Assembly (NCBI RefSeq): GCF_964355755.1
Contig: NC_092672.1
Location: 6,262,001 to 6,326,000 of the forward strand
Length of the DNA stretch: 64,000 bases
Reading direction: 5' to 3'
Source of the DNA: Antedon mediterranea
Taxonomy: Eukaryota > Animalia > Echinodermata
The notes beneath the pieces are model-generated. The model was not told the DNA's origin and did not search any database. It saw nothing but the letters and a program-made list of their open reading frames with translations. Made by a program: the position numbers and the translations under genes. This document shows, one piece after another, positions 11,156 to 25,000 of the stretch (position 1 is the first letter of the stretch; every line of letters starts with the position of its first letter).

Positions 11156-13109
11156 AGTTAAAGATGTTACTGAGATAAAACATGCAAACTGAATTTAAAG
11201 ATACAATGGAGAGCCGAGTGTGTCAAAAAGTGGTTCCGAAAGCTGTTTCTTATCAAAAATAATTAGCACAAATTGAGCTGGTCTTCCTGAACACACAGAT
11301 GTACTATAAAGCACGTCGGTGTCTCTATGACGTAAAAACATCGTGCAGCCATATGCTATCTCGAACACAGGCCTACATGGTTTCTATTGTACCTTTCAAG
11401 TAAAATCAAAGATCATAAAATACTATGTATTATAACCTGAAATCGTGTCAAATCGTAGGCCTACCGTAGGATCCAGATTCCCCGTGATTATCTCAACATA
11501 CAGACTATCCGAAGTACGGTATCATAGGAATATTTGGTAATACAGCATCACATTTATATTACACGTGGTGCCTGTATCATGTAAGATTAGATTAATGGCT
11601 AGGTTACTACTAGATACATGAAACACATGTAATGTTGTATTACCAAATATATTATATAGGAAATATATAGGTACAGTACGAGAATCGGCTGTGTGAATAA
11701 TGGTCCTAAATCCCAGGGAACTTGGCGTCACAACTGGGAAGAATGGACCAAAGTCTCTAGTCTTGATTTTACTATATTAAGACTATATCAATACACTACA
11801 TATTCGAATAGTATTATCAATTTTAAATTGACATCCGTCAACATACTTGGGAGTAAATTAAGCATGAATTGATATTAATTAATTATTAATATCACTTATA
11901 AATAAACCTCACAATGTACAAATAGCATCGGCGTATACAAGCCGACAGGAGTGCGATGGTAACACTCATATCGGTGACGTGTCGACAGGTTTTTTTGTCT
12001 AATTTATCGTATAGCATGTTGTTTGCTGGTGTTGATGATTGATGTTTACCGCCGATCAATATTTTCGAAAAAGGGTAAATCGTTGATTCAATAAAACAAT
12101 CATGCATACTGAATGTTAATGACGGCAGAGATAAATTATGTGAATCAATATAGAAATTACCAACGGGCTGGGTGAATGATGTGCGAGCAACGCGACTTAG
12201 GACTGACCGAGTAAAAGAGTGATCTTATCACAGTGGTTCTCAATTGGCCAAAATGAGTACATTTGCCTAGGTGGGCGCAATGGGAAAAAAACAGGTTTGT
12301 CCCAATCTGCTGTAGTAAAAACCACAACTTTTTTTTTATAAAAACCGTGTATAGGCCTAACAGTAGGCCTATCCAAGTTCTCAGTTCCCACACATCTTTT
12401 TGTGACGTAGGTATATCGTGTTTTCATTTGCGAAACTCCATTCGTCAGTTATTGAACAATCCTTTTTCGTGTGCTACGTCATTTCTTTTAGGACTATATG
12501 CCTAGTTTGCAATTTATGAGAATAGATGTGTAACCTGTAGTAGAGATTCGGCACTGACACACGTCTGAAACTGTGCGGAACGAAGGCGCTACGGAAAAGT
12601 CTGAATGACAATAATATGTAATTTTTATAAAAATTAGGCCTAATGGATATTGAATCCGGTCATTAAAAAAGGACGGGAAACTGCATGATATCGGTATGAT
12701 GAAATAGGCTGCCAGTCGCCAGAAAACAGTAAGATCATCAATAGCTCATTAGCTTTGATGACTCCCAATTACCCATTCAACGATATTAAGAAATTATTTG
12801 ATCATTTTATTCATAGATAAGATAAAATCCAGTAGTATCAATTGTAAAAATGGACGCGAGCCTGTTCGTCGAAGTATTAGGCCTACTACAGTAATAATAT
12901 CTCGATTTAATTACCTTCACGGAAAACAACTGAGGTTTAAAAACAAAAAGGCCGGAGTTTTAAATAAATAATTTCATATGGCACTCGTTATTTTCATTGA
13001 AAAAAAAGTAAAAATGAAAATTCGTTAAAATACGCGCCACTTCCACGGTGCTGCGGCGGAATCGGTGATCGATCGATGGTTATACGATATCGGCGCAGTG
13101 CACTATAAA

Positions 13110-13317
13110 ACTAAAAGGCCACTGAGAGAGCGCAAACCTCCGCCTAGGCATATGAACATTGAATGAAGTGTTTCCATACAGAAATTACATCATCCTTATC
13201 AATCTTATGAAAATCGGGCACTAACTTTTAGAGTAATCCTGCTAACAAATACAATATAAAGAAACAAACACATGCGATCGATCACATAACTTCTCGCAAT
13301 TCTGGCGGAGGTAACAA
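13110..13317 (-). mobile_element. HINE-like element family 2
   Basis: subTIRs acctccgcc / ggcggaggt; core agtaatcctg..aacaaa shared with 57262-57364. Confidence 0.65.
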
Positions 13318-14468
13318 CCGACCTTAGGTAAAAATACCTTTATCATATATATTTTTTAAACCACACATGTAAATGTGGATTCACACTGTACAATAATGTT
13401 AAAATAGTTGAGTTTGCAACGGTATGCGTAGAGGTCTGATACGTCGTACAATACAATTGTTTTTTCAAACGCGCGTACGATTTTAGTCCCGTTAACATAC
13501 AATACACATCAAATCCAATTACTTTTGTTCCGGAGGCTATGAAACAACACTTGTCTTCAAGTACACGGGGATTTACCAGCAATGTGAACAAGCAGAACAA
13601 AACATGGCTAGCTAATCGCATTAAAATAATATTTAAACGCTAAATAATGCATTTAGATAAACAATTTAACAATAGCTGATCAGCTTACAACGTGGTGAAC
13701 AGTAGCCGAATTAAGAAACATCAGTGTTTGTAAGTGTATGTAAACAGATTGGTTTCGTAATACATTGAACTTGAAGGATCTTACGCTGTAAGTAAATAAA
13801 AGGGTGTGAAATAGGAAAAAACAAGGTACTTGAAAATAGAAACATTTTCTAGGCGTTTAACAAAAGAACCGTGGGTTACAGCCGAGTACGAAAAAAGCGA
13901 AGGAACCCGTACGACGGAGTGCAAAAAAAGTGGCTGAGCTGATTAGAAATGGTATACCTTCTCCATGGTTTAAACAGGGAGTTGTAATTAATTATCTAAA
14001 TAGCAACTCTCTGGTTTTACAGATGCAAATGAGACCGTTGGTCTATTGCATTCAATTTAACTAATCTGACCTTATTCGCTAAATGGTTAAATTGAAATAA
14101 AATGTACCAATATTTTGACTACAATAATATACTGTATGTGCAGGTATATTATTGTTAATAACACTGAATGACACCTTGCTAAATAAATGTTAATCGTTGA
14201 CGTATCGGCGTCCTGTCTGCGTATGTTATTCTTGGAATAAAATACCAACAAAAGCTAAAATGACTTCCTTATTTAAAAAAAGAACGTTGAGATTCACGAA
14301 TGAACCGTATAATTTTCGATATTGCTTGTATGTGCAAATGTGTTCACGATATTTCGTTGAAAAACTGGTAGTTCATCTCGATGTGACGATAAAAATACAT
14401 CGACCTTTATAAACAACTGAAATGTATAATTGTTTCAGTTTTATGCATAACACTTAACAGTTACTTAC

Positions 14469-14605
14469 CTTACACCTAAAAAATTAACTTGGTCAACCCC
14501 AACGATACATGCCCAGTCATTTATTGAGGAGTAGGAGGTCTGATTGAGAAGGGTGTATGACCTGTTTTAAGAGGTTAGCCACGCCCACTAGGGCGTGGCG
14601 TGGCC
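14469..14605 (-). promoter_or_regulatory. Candidate GAS2L promoter and about 73-nt non-coding first exon
   Basis: Inverted KLF/SP boxes ccacgcccactagggcgtgg (14579-14598), TATA-like TTAAAA (14570-14565), Inr-like TCA about 29 nt downstream, perfect donor AAG|GTAAGT at 14469/14468. Confidence 0.45.
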
Positions 14606-15956
14606 GAGGCAGTGAAAAAATGATCAATATTAAAAGATATTGAACAAGGTACCGTAACAAATATACCTGGTATGTAAACTATATAATGAATTTCTTTTTA
14701 TTATAATTCACAATTAAAATAATCAATGTTTTCGACAACTCGTTCGATCGAACATTACGATGTTTATATTTCTAACAGAAATATATATATATACCTTTAC
14801 CGAAATACCTTTGATAAAATTAAAATGCTAGCCGCGTGTATGTTGTACTTAAATATGTAAATGATGTTTCCCCTTTAATATAACACCAGCGGATATCTTA
14901 ATCCCTTTGCCGTGTATATAGCTAAGAAACGTGGGAATAGAAATTATTGAACACATGTTCAAAATCATAATTGTCTCTTAAAAAGAGAACGACCTTGAGA
15001 GATATGGCTGTAATATATTACAATCATAATATTACATCATGGAAAATGTATGAAAAAAAAAGGTTTACATTCTGGTGCAAATCAAATGTTCTGTAAAATA
15101 TTAAATGTGTACTTTAAATAAATTGGTTATGGTTTTCCTTTTCACTCTAGGGTGCCAAACGCAAACATGCATTTAGAACAATATACTGTAGTAAAAAACC
15201 CTGAAATTACTTACAGCCCAAATATATGCGTTTACCATGTATAAGTGCAATGCTTTGCAATATACTGAAAGTGCACTGTACTTGTATGTGAGTTTATTTG
15301 TTACTTTACTAATATAAACCAGGTGTACAGTAGTATATGGAAATGACTTTTTATGTTGACAAAGGAAAATAATATTTAAGTAGTGTTTTTGTAACTTGAT
15401 TGTACAGATCGTTGGCAACCAATTTTGTTGTTTAACAAACTTCTTTTTTAAACTTCTCAACATGTAGATACTTCCATGCTTTTGATAAACAGGATGGTGA
15501 ATCCAGTGGGTATAGCGCTAGGGGTGCAAAATTAAATTATAAACTACTTTTTGACAGACTAATGGTACTTTAGGTTACGCTTTCCTGTTTAAAAATCCTG
15601 CATCTGCCCATGTTAAACTACAGTACAGTGTTTGCCTTTTACCGAGCATAAATTTACAAGCCAAAAAATACTTTAAAAATTGTGTTGGGCAGTTCTATGA
15701 TGATGTGATATGTGTTTCCTTTTTACAGTTGGAAATATGGATAAATTAATTTTCATAATGCATAGCTGTAAAAAAAATGTGTTAGTTTAGAGATTCAATT
15801 TTGGATTTATAATTCTGTTTAGTAAATCTACATACGATAGATATGCCAGAATTATTCCACATTCATGTTTTAAAACGGATAAATCACATGATAAATGACG
15901 TTCATTGAGGTTAACAACCGACAACACATTATCAAAACATTGATGAGAAAATGTCA

Positions 15957-16079
15957 TCAATGTAATATTGTATTGTCAACTTCATCCTTCGGTGGCGGTT
16001 GCTTAGCAACCCGTCGTAACTGCCGCATACTCTCCTCAAGTTTGGCAGATGGAACAGAATCTAATGACTTGGATACAAC
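15957..16079 (-). CDS. GCN1: GCN1 last coding exon
   Basis: VVSKSLDS...DEVDNTILH* (TGA 15959-15957), resembling the vertebrate C-terminus (VDDTIL). Confidence 0.92.
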   Translation of the reverse strand, partial: VVSKSLDSVPSAKLEESMRQLRRVAKQPPPKDEVDNTILH

Positions 16080-19000
16080 CTGGAAATAAATAATAAATGA
16101 TATAAGATAGATATATGGTACAGTTAAAATCTTGAAATATTATAATAATTAATACATGAAACTGGGCTACAGCTACAGTACAGTAGACCCATATTAAGGG
16201 TACACCTTCAAGACCATGCAAAGTGTCTTTAAAGCTCTGTCTACACTATCAAACGTTATATGACAAAAAATGTGATGCGCCCATAGACATGATGCTGTAA
16301 TATCACTACCATATTTGGGTATATCACTACCATATTTGGGGAAAACCTCACACTTTTTTTGTCAAACTAGTTTGATTGTGTAGAGCTATACCATAGACTT
16401 GACCACTTAATGAATGTTATTCCTAGTGTTAAAACACATTTCCCCTTGCATCTAAAAGTGTTCCTATGAAAGGGGTGTTCCAAAGCAGAGGTTCTATAGT
16501 AAAATGTTATTATAGCAACAGTATAGTAGGCTACTAGTGATTCAACGAATCACAAGAAGGAATCTCAAGTGTTACGTAAAATTTATATAGAGCATTTAGA
16601 CGACCCCAATTAATGCAAGCACAGGCTCAACATCAAATATTACATTAATACAACTAATGAAATCTAATTTTGATGATTCCAGAACAAATTTAGTATGATT
16701 ACATTTTCAGTCAGAATAATGACATCGCAATGTTTGATGTTGTCAAGGTTACCCGAACAAAGAATATTATAATAAAACAGTGTCATTTATAACAACTGCA
16801 AGGCTGATGTTATAATTAGGTTAACTAAAGTCCTAAATGATATTATCGAATCAAATATAAAGCAATTTATGTCATGAAAAAGTGTGTTTTTACAAAGTGC
16901 AGATACAAAAATGTAGTTCTTTTAATCAATATATTCATATATTATTGTTTCAATGAGCAGTGAAGCAGAACATGCATTGTGAGAAAAGGACTGATCTTCT
17001 AAATTCTTAGTACTATACTACTGTACTAGTATTTAAAAGAAAAAGTAATGCTTATATATTCACAATGATCATTTCTGCTTTCCTGTATCTGGAATTACAA
17101 AGACTGGTGTTGGTAGTCTATGTTGAGTGCCATTTACCTGGATAAACAGACAATAGCCCTGTGCTCTCCCAAGGGAGACTTGTATGATACAAAAATATAA
17201 AATCCTTCAACATGCCTCTACAATAATAGACTCTTCCAATCAGTCTCAATATAACACCACCATCATTTAATTTATCTAGGCATGAAATAGCCCGATATAA
17301 ACTTTCAATTCGATACCCTTTAAAAGATAATAAAACCAACAGATTCCATGCTTCCCACAGCGTCTAGCAGAAATGTGGCCAATAACAAAGAGGTGTGAAC
17401 ATATTACATACCTGGTAGGTGTCATCTCCTGTCCTAAGCTGAAGCAACGAGACAAGGGCCACTTCACTGTCTGCCTGGACGGCCGTGTTCTTGTCCTTAG
17501 TGTTGCTGACAAGTACCACTACAAGAGGCTTAATAATGCTGATGTCCAGTGCATGGTCAATCTCACTGGCAAAGTATGATATCATCTGGGCTGCTGTCAT
17601 CTTCATGTCGTTGGAACTGTGATTCAAACTCTGAAATTGAAAACAACAAAATTTGAACACATACATAGTCTAATACTGAATCCAAATCACGTTCTGAAAT
17701 ATAATTTAATTAAGACCACACCTCCTAAAAGACCAGAAAAACCATGGATTGACATTTGCGAATCGTTTTTTCTTAAGTCAATTCAAGATAGTTAAGAATT
17801 GCTTAAATAATATGGAATGAATTAAACAGAAAAATATATTGTAGAACAAATAAATAAATGTGTACACAAAGAATAAACATTTACATTAAACTGTAATGTT
17901 TAATATTTGCCTTATTATTTTATAGTTCCATTTGCCTTATTTTGTTGCTCCTTTTGCAGCTAGTTTATTGTGGGCCTCCTTATCACAAGTCCATTGGGGT
18001 TTCTTTTTGTTTTGTGTATTGTTTTGATAAATAAAGAGATTGATTTGATTCCGGGATTTTACACTCATAATCATTTATATAAATGTACAAAAACAAACAT
18101 TATTTAAAAATTTTGATGGTATATGTGTTGATCATTACAAATTTAATGATGCGTCTAATATGTAATATCTTTTTATTTCATACAACATACAATGCATTTT
18201 AGTAATTTTTAACCTTGACTTTTCACATTTAAAGGAAATGAAGTAAGATTAATATTGATATGTATGTTATTGTTTGTTTGTGCTTTGTAGTATCTTAGTC
18301 TAAAGCTCTGGGTCTACACTATCAAACTACTTTGACAAAAGTGTGATGTGCCCAAATATGGTAGTGATATGCTTATATATGGTAGTGCTATGACATCATC
18401 ATGTCCATATATGGGCACATCACATAAAGTTTAGACAGATCTTACATTCTAGATTTGGTTAATATTTGTAAAAGAAAATTATTTTGGCGCACATAGCGTG
18501 TCATACCTATACTTGATCTGTATGGGAAAAAAAATCAAAACCACCAACTGGTGGCGGTCGTAAAGGAACACCAACATAAATAGATAATAACTAGCAATTT
18601 TATTTAATATAGCCATATACAGTACTGCATTATTTGAAATTAGGTAAGTGGGTTTTTAATGTAGTGATGTGCCAACCCTGTGGCGACACAGCCATGCAAA
18701 AATGTTTTATTATAGTAATTTAATATGGAAATGTTTCCACATAAATAAAAAACCTTGATTGTTATAAGGAGATTTAATTTAATATTGTAGAGATATAATT
18801 TAATAATGTAAAAACATGAACAGATGAACATGAATCACGGAACAACATCAACTGGCATCTTGAAGAAAAGAAAGACGTAGTCTGGTTTTCATCAAATCAT
18901 CCTTATCTCCTTCAGCGATTAGTGAATCATTTTAATCGAACACTTATGATAGGAATATTCGTAATTAACTCAGTTTGCAAATAAGGCAACCCTCGCCGTG

Positions 19001-22000
19001 TTTCATTTTGACTACTGTACTTGCGTGATTCATATTGAGTTGGCAGATACGGAAACCTCGATGTAACCAACAGACCTGGGAGGGTTCACTAGATGTGTTA
19101 TTCAAAATTATAAAGAAAGTCCAGTTAGTTATGAAATATGACCTATATTGAATCACTTTTTAAAAATGATTTTGATATACAAAATTTGAAAATGTCACCT
19201 ACACATGCATCCTTAAATTTTAAATTTCTAATAGGATACTTAGATCATCAGTTCCAACAAATTTTAAACAAATTAATAACATTTTGAAGTTTCTGAAATG
19301 ATACTTAAAACTCAATTCCAAAAAACTTCTAAACAAATATAAAATCTATTTATAGTGGCAATATATAAATATGTGTATATGTTAAAGACTCCAGTTTATT
19401 TAAATGTATTAAAAATAAAAATAATAATAAACAGTATTTATATAGCGCCTAATGGATCACTGACCCCTCTAGGTGCTTTACATTAGACCTTAACTAATGG
19501 TAATAAACTATCCCCCACCGAACATCATTCCGGTATTTCTTAGTCGAGGTTTCGGGGATGGAGACAATCAATAATGTGAAGAAAAAAATGTAACTAAGCT
19601 TAACTATGCTTAACTAAGGTAAAACTATCCCCCGCCGGACACCATCCGGGCAACTTCAAACCATATACATACCATGGGTGGATGCTCACCCATTAGACAG
19701 CTAAATTAGGTTATGTAGATACCTTCATGTTCTTGATAAACAGGAAGGTGGATTCAGTGGGAGTAGCACTAGGGGTGCATTCACCATCCACTTTTGACAG
19801 CTACAATTAAATTATGAACTATTTTTGCCAAGACTAATAATATTATTACTTATTATTCCTGGAACCTTCCCTGATAGAAAGTAATATTCTGTTTGCTTAT
19901 AATGCTGTAGTGTAATTTTCAAATTAAAAGACAACCAAGAATGCCACTAGGCAGGGAACATTTTCGCCAGTGTAGCATAGCAAAAAGCTATACAAAACAA
20001 CCTTATTGCTACACATTTTGAAAATTGTGTAGCAAAAAATACTATACAAAACTATGTTTCTCGACTTAAAAATCAGTTTGATTAGCAATATTGCTAAACA
20101 AAATTTTTAAATGAAAATTTTCCCTGCTAGGTAAAAACAATACTAACAAAGTGGTCAAACAAAGCCACAAATTGGATTAGCGTAAAAAGTGAAAGTTTTC
20201 GCGATAAAAATCGTCTTTGTAATCGTCTTCGTTTAGTTGGGTTGCTTTAATCTGCTTCCTGGATCAGGTCACGATAAGTAAGCACATGTTTGTTTATTAA
20301 GTTCACTTTTAAATAACTTTTTAATAATCTCTTTGTTTCTAGAAATTTGAATACGAAAGCAATATCTTGAGCTCAAACTTTATGTGACAAAAAATGTGAT
20401 GTGTCCATATATGGACATGATGTTGTCATATCACTACCATATTTGAGAATATCACACTTTTTTTTGTCAAACTACCGAACTTTGATAGTGTAGACAGCTT
20501 TAGTTTTCAATATAACCAAAAATGGTTATCTTGCTTCATGTGCTGTTAATTTAATTTATTTTAACCATGGAGAAATCCCTGTTTTGCTGTATTTTAAAAG
20601 CCTACTAGGAAAATATAGGTCTAAATTACCTAGTTACGTATTGTTAATTAATTGTTGTTGTTTATTGAACATACAGGCACATTGGGATGGTGCGTTTTTC
20701 TACTGGATTACTCGCAACACCGTTTAGCAGGATACTTTAGTGCAGCCAGACAAAGATGACCAACACATTATGCGTAGGTTTTAGGTCTTAGATTTTGTCA
20801 GGTGTTTTCCCGAATGATCGCACAATTAAAATGGTACTGGGTGTGATCATTTTTAAGGCTACCTATTATCAAACACAAATCTGTATATGCATGTAAAGGG
20901 GCATTTATAAAATGATGTGAACGAAGCATTATATAGCATGGTATCTTTTTCATTATCAGTAGGGCATACAAAAAGAAGAATGAGACAGAGAGGCCAGAAC
21001 ACTTGCTGCAAGGTTAACCAATTGTTATCTTCGTAAAGTATTATTTAATTTGAACCTTGACATTGTGAGAAATGCATAATGTAATTTAGATGAGTGAGCT
21101 AAAGGGCAAACAAGTTGAACACCTGGGATAAAAAAAAAAGAAGCTACTTATGCCGTGAGAAGTTTTTTCGCGAAGTGCTCTCAATATACTTAGTATATGG
21201 AGCCAGGGTAGGTCAGACATCTGAGCAAAGCTACTTTGGGGTAGCCATAAAATGTATAAATATTTATCATCTATCATGAATATTCATTAACAATCTCATT
21301 ATTATTCATAGTCCTCATTAATATTCATCTTCAATCTCATTATTATTCACAATCATCATTAATATTCATCTAAATCTCATTATTATTCATAATCATAATG
21401 AATATTCATCTGCAATCTTATTATTATTCATAATCATCATTAATATTCATCTACAATCTCATTAATATTCATAATCATTCCTTAATATACAGTACTCATA
21501 AAATAGCAATTCACCATCATCAATCCTGCTTTAGGCAAGAAATACAATATTAGAATCAATTAACAGCGATTTGTCTGCATTTCAATAACATTTATATAAT
21601 TCCTAACATGCTAAAACACCTGCCCCATTAACCACACTTAGCAGTAGTAGCAGGGTATACTCTTTCACTAAACTAATAATATTGCATTCAAGATATCTAG
21701 TTCGGGGCACAAAACACTATTTTTAGGATACAGAAATGTATATCTGGGTTGATCAAGTGTTGGCTAAGCTGTTGAGGTATTGGATATGTAATGTACCTCA
21801 GAACATATCAAGCATATCACTAACATATTTGAGCACATCACACTTTTTATTGTCTAACTAGTTTGATAGTGTAGACAGAGCTATAGACCTACAGTAATTA
21901 GGCAGCTTGTTTTAAAATGGTAAAAACCAGAATGGGTGATTTTGAGAACTTAAGAAGAATTTATGGTTGAGCTCTAAACAAAATTAACAAATTTGACGTA

Positions 22001-25000
22001 TGACAGAATAGTCTACTTAAACCAATTTTTGTATAAAACCTTCTAAATCCACCTCTTCTAGACATAGTTTGATGTGAACACCACTATTGAGAGGTTAAAC
22101 AAGATTAGCCTGAGGGCTGCCTATTAAGATGGATTACCTAATTAACTAAGTAATGATTATAATTAATTATCCTGTCCTATTTAACAGCGGTACTCTGAGG
22201 TGTAAAGAGGGCACACACCCACACCGTATTAAAATCATGTCGACATAAGCACAGTTGAACTTTAATAATTTTAAACAACTTGATCTAATAAAATGTTTTG
22301 TATTAGGCACAGCATGCAATGATAAGATTAGAAAGTAGCCTGATTGAAAAAATATATATAAAAAAATAAATTGTAATTTCCAAAAAGTGGAAAGTTAAAT
22401 TGATAGATTGCAATTGTTATCTGGGAAATCTATTTGATTCATTTTTTTAAAGCCACCTTTGAATCTTATTTCAACTGTAATTACAATACAGGTACAGTCA
22501 ACTTTTCCAATACCGGACACCCTTGGGCTAGGTGTCTGGTTTTCTGGAAAATATGGTATTCTGTGTGTTTTTAATGGTTAAAAAGGACCTTTTGGACCTT
22601 GAGAAAAGCCTGGTATTGGAAGATTTGACCGAAGTAAAAGTAAAGTAAGGCTATGTATTTGTAAAAAGAAATAAAGTTCAGAATTGTTCAATGGTTAGGC
22701 TGTTATGCGATAAAGGTCTTCTGAGGTAATGGAAACGCATAGTGTAACGAAAGCTTACCAATCAAAGTTTATTTGCGATGCCAACCTTCAAAGCTTGCGT
22801 CAAACTAGGACGCAACAAAAAGGACGTAAGTACAGACCAATCGCGGTATGATAACTTATGCTGTATGTCCTACCATTGAATGTAATTTTCTCTTTATATG
22901 TCATTTTTTTGGTACAACTTTGTTATTCTATTATTCTTAAATCGGAATGGGAATGAATGATAGGATTTTCACCCAATGGCCTATTAGTGGGAACCAAGCT
23001 TAAACAATATAATAATATTCTTTGTTGAATTCTTTGGTGTGAACATAATTATGTCGGACAACATTGCACAACTATAGATATAATGTGCTGGTGGTTGTGT
23101 CTGGAATGCCAAGTACAATGTCATGTATTAATTGTCTGTTTGCAAGTATGCCAAGGATTGTCAATTAGCAATACATGTTTGTTTTGACACTCTTCTACAA
23201 GTATAAGCTATTCTGTATAGATGTGTACACAATAGGCTTGAGAAAATGTTCCTATTATGGGAAAAAAAATGGTCCATTCAAATGCATATAAATATGTTGT
23301 GAAAAATTCCCAGTAAAAACCATCCTGGGAAAAAGGAATGAATTTTTAAACAATATATTGTCCTCTGAAAAAACAATTTGTAAACAATAAATGACAAATA
23401 AATTGTTTTTCACTTTAACAAAATTTGAAAAAAAAAAATGATTTACCTAAAAAAAAGTCCATAATTTTTAGGGAGAAGGGGGGGGGGAGGGAAGAAAAGT
23501 ATATTTAATTAAATTATTGATTATTGAGTTTTGGTTGCCTACAGTAATATCCAGAAGCAACGTTGTAATCTTCAAACAAAATATAGCAAACTTGTTTGCA
23601 AAGTATCAGACGCCACAAACAAAACACATTTAAGAATAATTAAAAACACACAATAGATTCTATAATAAGCTTATACAGCTGAAACGATAATGTCCGAAAA
23701 AAGGTATTTTTAATTAGACATTGATTCATACGTGTTATTTTATTCAATATAATTACCATCAATCTTTAATTGTTAATTTCTTTGTGTAAGTTCAAATATC
23801 ATCTGCAATTGCAATTTTCATAACAATATTTTTAGCAGCCTTTCTCTCGGGATTACGTGAATTTATTATCAATCAATGGCTGATTGAACGGGAACAAAGA
23901 GAAATAAAAATTATTTTCATAAACAAGATTGCAAAAGTGTTTATTTAGTAAGTAGATGATCAGTTAATTTAATGTTCATTCCGGTTGGACAAGGAGCATA
24001 ATGAACTTAAAAACACATTAATCAATGTTATTTATTGTGTTTGTGATTTCAAACAATTTGACTGCTATTTCACTTAATGAACACTTAAACATTAGTCTAG
24101 AAAAACGTTTATAGCTAACATAGACAGGAACCCATTCTGGAATATAAAATCTTTTTCTTCCCACTTTAAAACCAAATTATTAATTTTCACAAAATTGACT
24201 CAACAGTTCTTTTCGGAACTATATATACTATGTAACACAAACATTTATAAAAATTATTTAATATTCTTCATAAAACACCTTCAATTTTTTTTAAAGTGGT
24301 ACAGTTACATAAAAGGCAACCCACTACATTTGGTCCTATGGTCCTTATGTACAACTTCACCCTTCAAATCTAAACCCAACTTTGGTTAGAAAATTGTCTC
24401 TATTTTCACCAGTTATTTCAAAGAATCATGAAAAAAAAAAAATGTTGACTGCAATAAGTAAAGATTTTCGCACTTTATATTGTTAAAGTTAAAAATTAAT
24501 TCAATCGTAAGAATTAAAGGTTTCAAACTACTGTATTCAATACCTACAAAAACAACCAGGCTTAAGTACGAAGAGATATGTTATCAAAAAATTACAGGCG
24601 TCAACGACGAATACATTCAAGGTATAAGTTCATTGTTCACAAAGAACGTGTGAATTAATTAATATCACCTAATTAATCTGCTAATTGCTAATTAATATAT
24701 TAATATCAAGGAAATGATTTTCATGCCTCAATTTTATTTAAGAAAGAAGCTTATAATATCAATTAACTATTTTCAGCTGTTTATCATCCTTGAGTATAAA
24801 TGACTCCAATTGTTATATTGAGTAATACAGTCATATATTTTTATTTTGCGCAACATTTTTCATTTTTTAAATTATTTTAATTCTACTGAATTTATTATAC
24901 TAGTCGAATAAATAAACCAAACAAAGCGGCATTTATTTCATATAATCTGGTATTTTGCATTTATTAAACATAAATGAAAACTAGAACAACTTGGGGGTGT

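Noticed and set aside
15293-15298. AATAAA (minus strand) as the GCN1 poly(A) signal
   Set aside because: Several equivalent hexamers nearby in AT-rich sequence; cannot choose without 3'-end data
20523-20541. Partial resemblance to miR-9
   Set aside because: Seed mismatch and no precursor hairpin
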